DNA of 64,000 nucleotides from Bdellovibrionota bacterium (GTDB lineage Bacteria > Bdellovibrionota_C > UBA2361 > JAAYZI01), in NCBI GenBank assembly GCA_050950765.1, contig JBMNIF010000003.1, forward strand, positions 192,001 to 256,000, read 5' to 3'. Position 1 is the stretch's first letter, and each line of letters begins with the position of its first letter. Shown piece after piece: positions 60,214 through 64,000 of this stretch. A model generated the notes under the pieces. That model did not search any database. It was given only the letters and a program-made list of their open reading frames with translations, and was not told the DNA's origin. Both the position numbers and the translations under genes were made by a program.

Positions 60214-61428
60214 TCACTCATCATGCAGGGGTACGGTAATTAAAAAACACCGTCCACTATCACATACGACAGTATAGTCCAAACCACTTGCAGGGATAAA
60301 AAAAGAATTGCCACTTTGAAAAGCCACATCCTCACTGCCGAATTCGATCCGTCCCACTGCATCAATAGATAAGATCACAGCTGGGCCATCATCTGAGATA
60401 ATTACCTCTGCACCATCTTGAATAAGTTGTACCTTAAATTCAGAGTTTTGCAACGGAGAGAGGTACTCTATAAAGTTTGAAGAGACGGAAGAAGCCTTTG
60501 TAATAGTCGGACAACCAGCCGTATAATCAAGCATGGTAAGCAACGTTTCAATATCTTTAGACTTAGGCGTTAATCCACCACGCACCACGTTATCAGAATT
60601 AGCCATGCACTCTGCAAATTCTCCAGAAAGATAAGCATGCGCTGTATTAGGCGGAACAAAGATAGCATCGCCAGCAGAGAGCAACATTAAATTCATGGTA
60701 TATAAGATAAAGATCCCAGCATCTCCATCAATAAAATCTTCACTCAAAAGTTTAAGCGCCCAAGCATCTCTACGACAAAGCTTATCATGATCCTCTAAAC
60801 GTTTCCTAAGTAAAGCACTCTGCTTCCGTAAAATATCTTCCGGCAACATCAACAGCTTTGAACAAAGCTCCTTTAAAATAAGTTTCTCCGAAAGTTCATC
60901 TCGTTTAACTAGTTTATTAAAAAGCTCCTCGCCAATACACCCCTTTAGTTCAGGCAGGCGTGCAAAATCAACAGCGATATCGGAAAGGTGTCTAAAACCG
61001 CACAATATCTCCGATTCCCTTAAAGCGATCCCCATCTCGGGCTTATGGTTTTCATCAGGATACCCCTTATCTCGATAAAGTCTCTCTGCAAGTTTTTTAT
61101 CAGGGTGCGCTTGAATTGAAAGTGGCTTACCAACTGAAAGGATCTTAAAAAGGAACGGCAAGCCACGCCCATAGTGTTCAATGACATCATGCCCAAGCAT
61201 CTCTAAGGGGTGTTCATCAATCAAACTTTTTAGATCATAAGTCACACCATCCACCACGATATCAGCAGGCAGATCTGGATGTGCTCCGATCCATAATTCG
61301 GCACAAGGGATATCTCCCTTCGTTTGAGTTAATTTTCCGACCAGCGAAAGATCGGCCGGTAATCCCCAATGATAGTGTTGAACATGCGGAACGATCACTA
61401 ACGGTTTAAAAAAAACAGACTCTTCCAT
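60214..61428 (-). CDS. manA: Mannose-6-phosphate isomerase, class I
   Basis: YHWG, AELWIGAHP, LPFLFKIL, LSIQAHP, DENHKPE, HAYLSG, ANSDNVVRGGLT. Confidence 0.96.
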   Translation of the reverse strand: MEESVFFKPLVIVPHVQHYHWGLPADLSLVGKLTQTKGDIPCAELWIGAHPDLPADIVVDGVTYDLKSLIDEHPLEMLGHDVIEHYGRGLPFLFKILSVGKPLSIQAHPDKKLAERLYRDKGYPDENHKPEMGIALRESEILCGFRHLSDIAVDFARLPELKGCIGEELFNKLVKRDELSEKLILKELCSKLLMLPEDILRKQSALLRKRLEDHDKLCRRDAWALKLLSEDFIDGDAGIFILYTMNLMLLSAGDAIFVPPNTAHAYLSGEFAECMANSDNVVRGGLTPKSKDIETLLTMLDYTAGCPTITKASSVSSNFIEYLSPLQNSEFKVQLIQDGAEVIISDDGPAVILSIDAVGRIEFGSEDVAFQSGNSFFIPASGLDYTVVCDSGRCFLITVPLHDE

Positions 61429-61698
61429 AAGTTAGAACTAAAATGAGCTACATAATATAAGCGCTCTGCCCATAACTCTCTTCCCAGATCTTAAAAAAAG
61501 CCAGAACTTTTAAAAATAAGAGAGCTGCTAAGCCTTATAACAAAAAAGCACTCCTTTTTCCCATACTAAAAAACACAAAATAAACCTTCTCCACCTCTCG
61601 ATCTATCAAAGGTCAGAGATAAGATCAAAATTTATCTAAAAACTCACCTTGTCGTAATATTTTTTATTAGGCGGCTATAATTATTATTCAGTATCGAC

Positions 61699-63453
61699 TC
61701 AATCTGTTATGCGCCAGACATCATCTTTTAAAAACTCTTCTCTGATATAGCCTGGTCGTCCTGATTGCGAAAGGATCTCCACCCAACCACGTCTGATTTT
61801 TGCAACACGTACACGATCCCCACTGATTAAAGTGTCAACCTTAGCAGCGCTTGACCTCGGTGCTGCATAAACCTCCGTCATCCGTTTTATCTCACGCATT
61901 TTTGTGGCGCTGTTTTTCCCCAGTGGAATCATATATGCGGGGATTATCGGATCCGTACTGCCGTGTCCCGCCACTATCGGTTTATTTACTCGATCAATCT
62001 CCCTTGAAGAATCAATTAAATCTCTACCCCTTCCACCGACAGCATCTACAAGATCACCTCGTTCAAAAGCTTCAACAGCAACTCTTAAATTGTGGGGCTC
62101 TAACGGCGATTTAGTATTGATAACAGCTGTTTTAGTATCCGCACTTCCTGTTTTTTCAGCTGCAACTTTTGCTACACTCACATCACGTTGGGGTATTTTT
62201 TCATCTTTAAGATCATCTTTAACAATAGACCCTTTATCACTATCAGAGCCACTAGCAGTATTACTATCTAAAACTCGTAAGATTCCACCAAGGCTATCTG
62301 CCCTTAATGGAGCCACAGGAGTTGCTAACGGTAGCTGCAGCTGCGGCACAGGATCTGCTGCATATGAGACAACTTCATCACCTTGCTCCACCACTTCAAC
62401 ATTTATTATCTCCCCCAAATACCCCAATAACGAAGGGAAACGATCAAAAGCCATCCACCCTACACCAAGAACGGCCAAGATAAAGATTAGACCCAAAATT
62501 CCGGTACTATTTCCAACTTTTCTCTCCTCTTGTAAATTTAGATGATCAGATATACCGGTACCATCTTTTTTAACACTGCTAAAATCACTTTTATCTTCGT
62601 CTTTAATCTTCTTTATTTCCGTCGTTTTTAAAGCATTTTTTAATTCTGCAACCTTCTTCTCCACGACCTCAATTCTAGCAGATACAGATCTCGTGCACGG
62701 CTTTGCCTGTAACAACAGCAATTCTTTTTGCAGTGCCGTAAAAAACACTTCGCCATTTTTCCGATTAATCTTATACGCTCTTTCAAAAAAGAGGTTGCCG
62801 AACTCATAGTCTTCAGACTCACATAACTTTTTTGCCGTTATAAGGAGCACCGATTCCGTCAAATTAAGTAAGGCTGGATCTGTTCGCGAGTGAGTGCACT
62901 TTTCTACTACCTCCCTCGAAACCGTATCTAACGGCACAGCTAAAATTCCACTCGGCATACTATCCAAAACGATCTGCGCTCTCACCCACCACAATCTAGC
63001 TTTTAATGCAGTATCACCACTTGCAGATTGCAACACCGTTTCTGCCAATGTAATAATATCATCCCATTTTTTAGCAGAAGCTAATCTTGAATATTCTCCT
63101 GAAGCACCATCATCATCTGCATTAAAAAGCGCTTCATCAGGTTGTTCATTAAATTCCCCTTGAAAGTTAGAGGCTTCATCCTGTTTTGCTTCCGATACTA
63201 TATCTTCGGAAGCACCGTTTTCCGACAAACTCTTTTGATCGTCATAGATCTCTGACAACATCTCATTCTGGTCATCCCCTTTAGAATCTGTTTCTTGATA
63301 GCGCTCTGCTAAGGGCAATAAACCGTCAATATTTCTATCAACAGCTAACTTTGCAATATACTTACCGAGATCAAGGCGAGCTTTTTTACTTGCAGTACGC
63401 TCCTCCTGCACCACTCCCTCTGATATGTTGTTTTCATTTTCCTTTAATGACAT
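61699..63453 (-). CDS. Hypothetical membrane protein with C-terminal SH3-like domain
   Basis: Acidic N-terminus, central TM, C-terminal VYAAP..SGDRVRV..GWVEI..GRPGYI. Confidence 0.7.
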   Translation of the reverse strand: MSLKENENNISEGVVQEERTASKKARLDLGKYIAKLAVDRNIDGLLPLAERYQETDSKGDDQNEMLSEIYDDQKSLSENGASEDIVSEAKQDEASNFQGEFNEQPDEALFNADDDGASGEYSRLASAKKWDDIITLAETVLQSASGDTALKARLWWVRAQIVLDSMPSGILAVPLDTVSREVVEKCTHSRTDPALLNLTESVLLITAKKLCESEDYEFGNLFFERAYKINRKNGEVFFTALQKELLLLQAKPCTRSVSARIEVVEKKVAELKNALKTTEIKKIKDEDKSDFSSVKKDGTGISDHLNLQEERKVGNSTGILGLIFILAVLGVGWMAFDRFPSLLGYLGEIINVEVVEQGDEVVSYAADPVPQLQLPLATPVAPLRADSLGGILRVLDSNTASGSDSDKGSIVKDDLKDEKIPQRDVSVAKVAAEKTGSADTKTAVINTKSPLEPHNLRVAVEAFERGDLVDAVGGRGRDLIDSSREIDRVNKPIVAGHGSTDPIIPAYMIPLGKNSATKMREIKRMTEVYAAPRSSAAKVDTLISGDRVRVAKIRRGWVEILSQSGRPGYIREEFLKDDVWRITD

Positions 63454-63826
63454 CTCTAACTACTAAAAAATAAAAAACAGTGTAGAACAACACCCACTAC
63501 ACCTGTTATAATTCTCCACTAATCCATTCATACCTATAACATATCGTATGCTAAAACATTCTGTTTCAAATAAAATACCTTATATTTCATCTTCACCGCA
63601 TAGTATTAACACTCTAATTCTACTATTTTCTCTTATATTTCTTACAACCTCTTGCGTAGTTACGCCACTTTCTCCTCCCCCTCTTTCAGATGATATTATA
63701 AGGTTGTCAGAGTTAAATTATAATTCAATTATTTTAGATGTTTCAGATACTTCCAGCACTTCTCAAAGTAACAAAACAGTTGGAAGACAGTTCCTCTTCA
63801 TTATACTACCTTTTGGCAGGATAGAG

Positions 63827-64000
63827 ATGCAAAAACCTACTACTACACTCTTCAACACTGCCTTTAACTCATTAACTTTACACGGTTATAAGCCGACAGA
63901 GGCAGGGGCAAGACTAAAGAAATTAAAGATCTCTATCGAAGATGTATCACTTTACGGCTACGATCTTATCTTTTTAAGGAGGGTCTCTGCTTCTGTCACT
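63827..64000 (+). CDS. Partial ORF running off window end
   Basis: AGGA RBS, ATG at 63827, 58 codons open to the edge (MQKPTTTLFN...). Confidence 0.4.
   Translation, partial: MQKPTTTLFNTAFNSLTLHGYKPTEAGARLKKLKISIEDVSLYGYDLIFLRRVSASVT

Noticed and set aside
31555..63163. Antisense or shadow ORFs over the kinase, ruvB, yebC, mrp, lpxD, VWA, ribBA-like, pse, fba and SH3 genes
   Set aside because: They overlap well-supported genes on the other strand or frame and show no motifs

Overview
AT-rich chromosomal window from a Gram-negative bacterium (lpxD, system II cytochrome c maturation, an NtrY-like kinase and FlgM/FlhB-like genes suggest a delta-proteobacterial/Bdellovibrionota-type organism; this is inference). 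Housekeeping genes include partial metH, hsp20, mltG, an FKBP PPIase, a frameshifted dacA, an IscA-type carrier, ccsB/ccsA, ruvAB, yebC, mrp, lpxD, fba and manA. There is a variant pseudaminic acid cluster, two complete IS1634-family elements with 6-bp target duplications, and several apparent pseudoenzymes. The most striking structure is a stand-alone Y1 HUH (RAYT/TnpA-REP-like) gene at 18795-19763. It sits in the middle of eight intergenic mosaic arrays built from an 11-bp core, TGGTGCCACCC (about 57 exact copies counted by eye), separated by a small reusable set of spacer modules. All arrays lie within about 12 kb either side of the gene, and none were seen in the remaining 32 kb. Core orientation first flips just upstream of the gene, and two arrays carry copies of the 3' ends of neighbouring host genes. 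A candidate ~125-nt sRNA with an anti-start-codon loop lies at ~41904-42030. All calls are by eye, without database searches.
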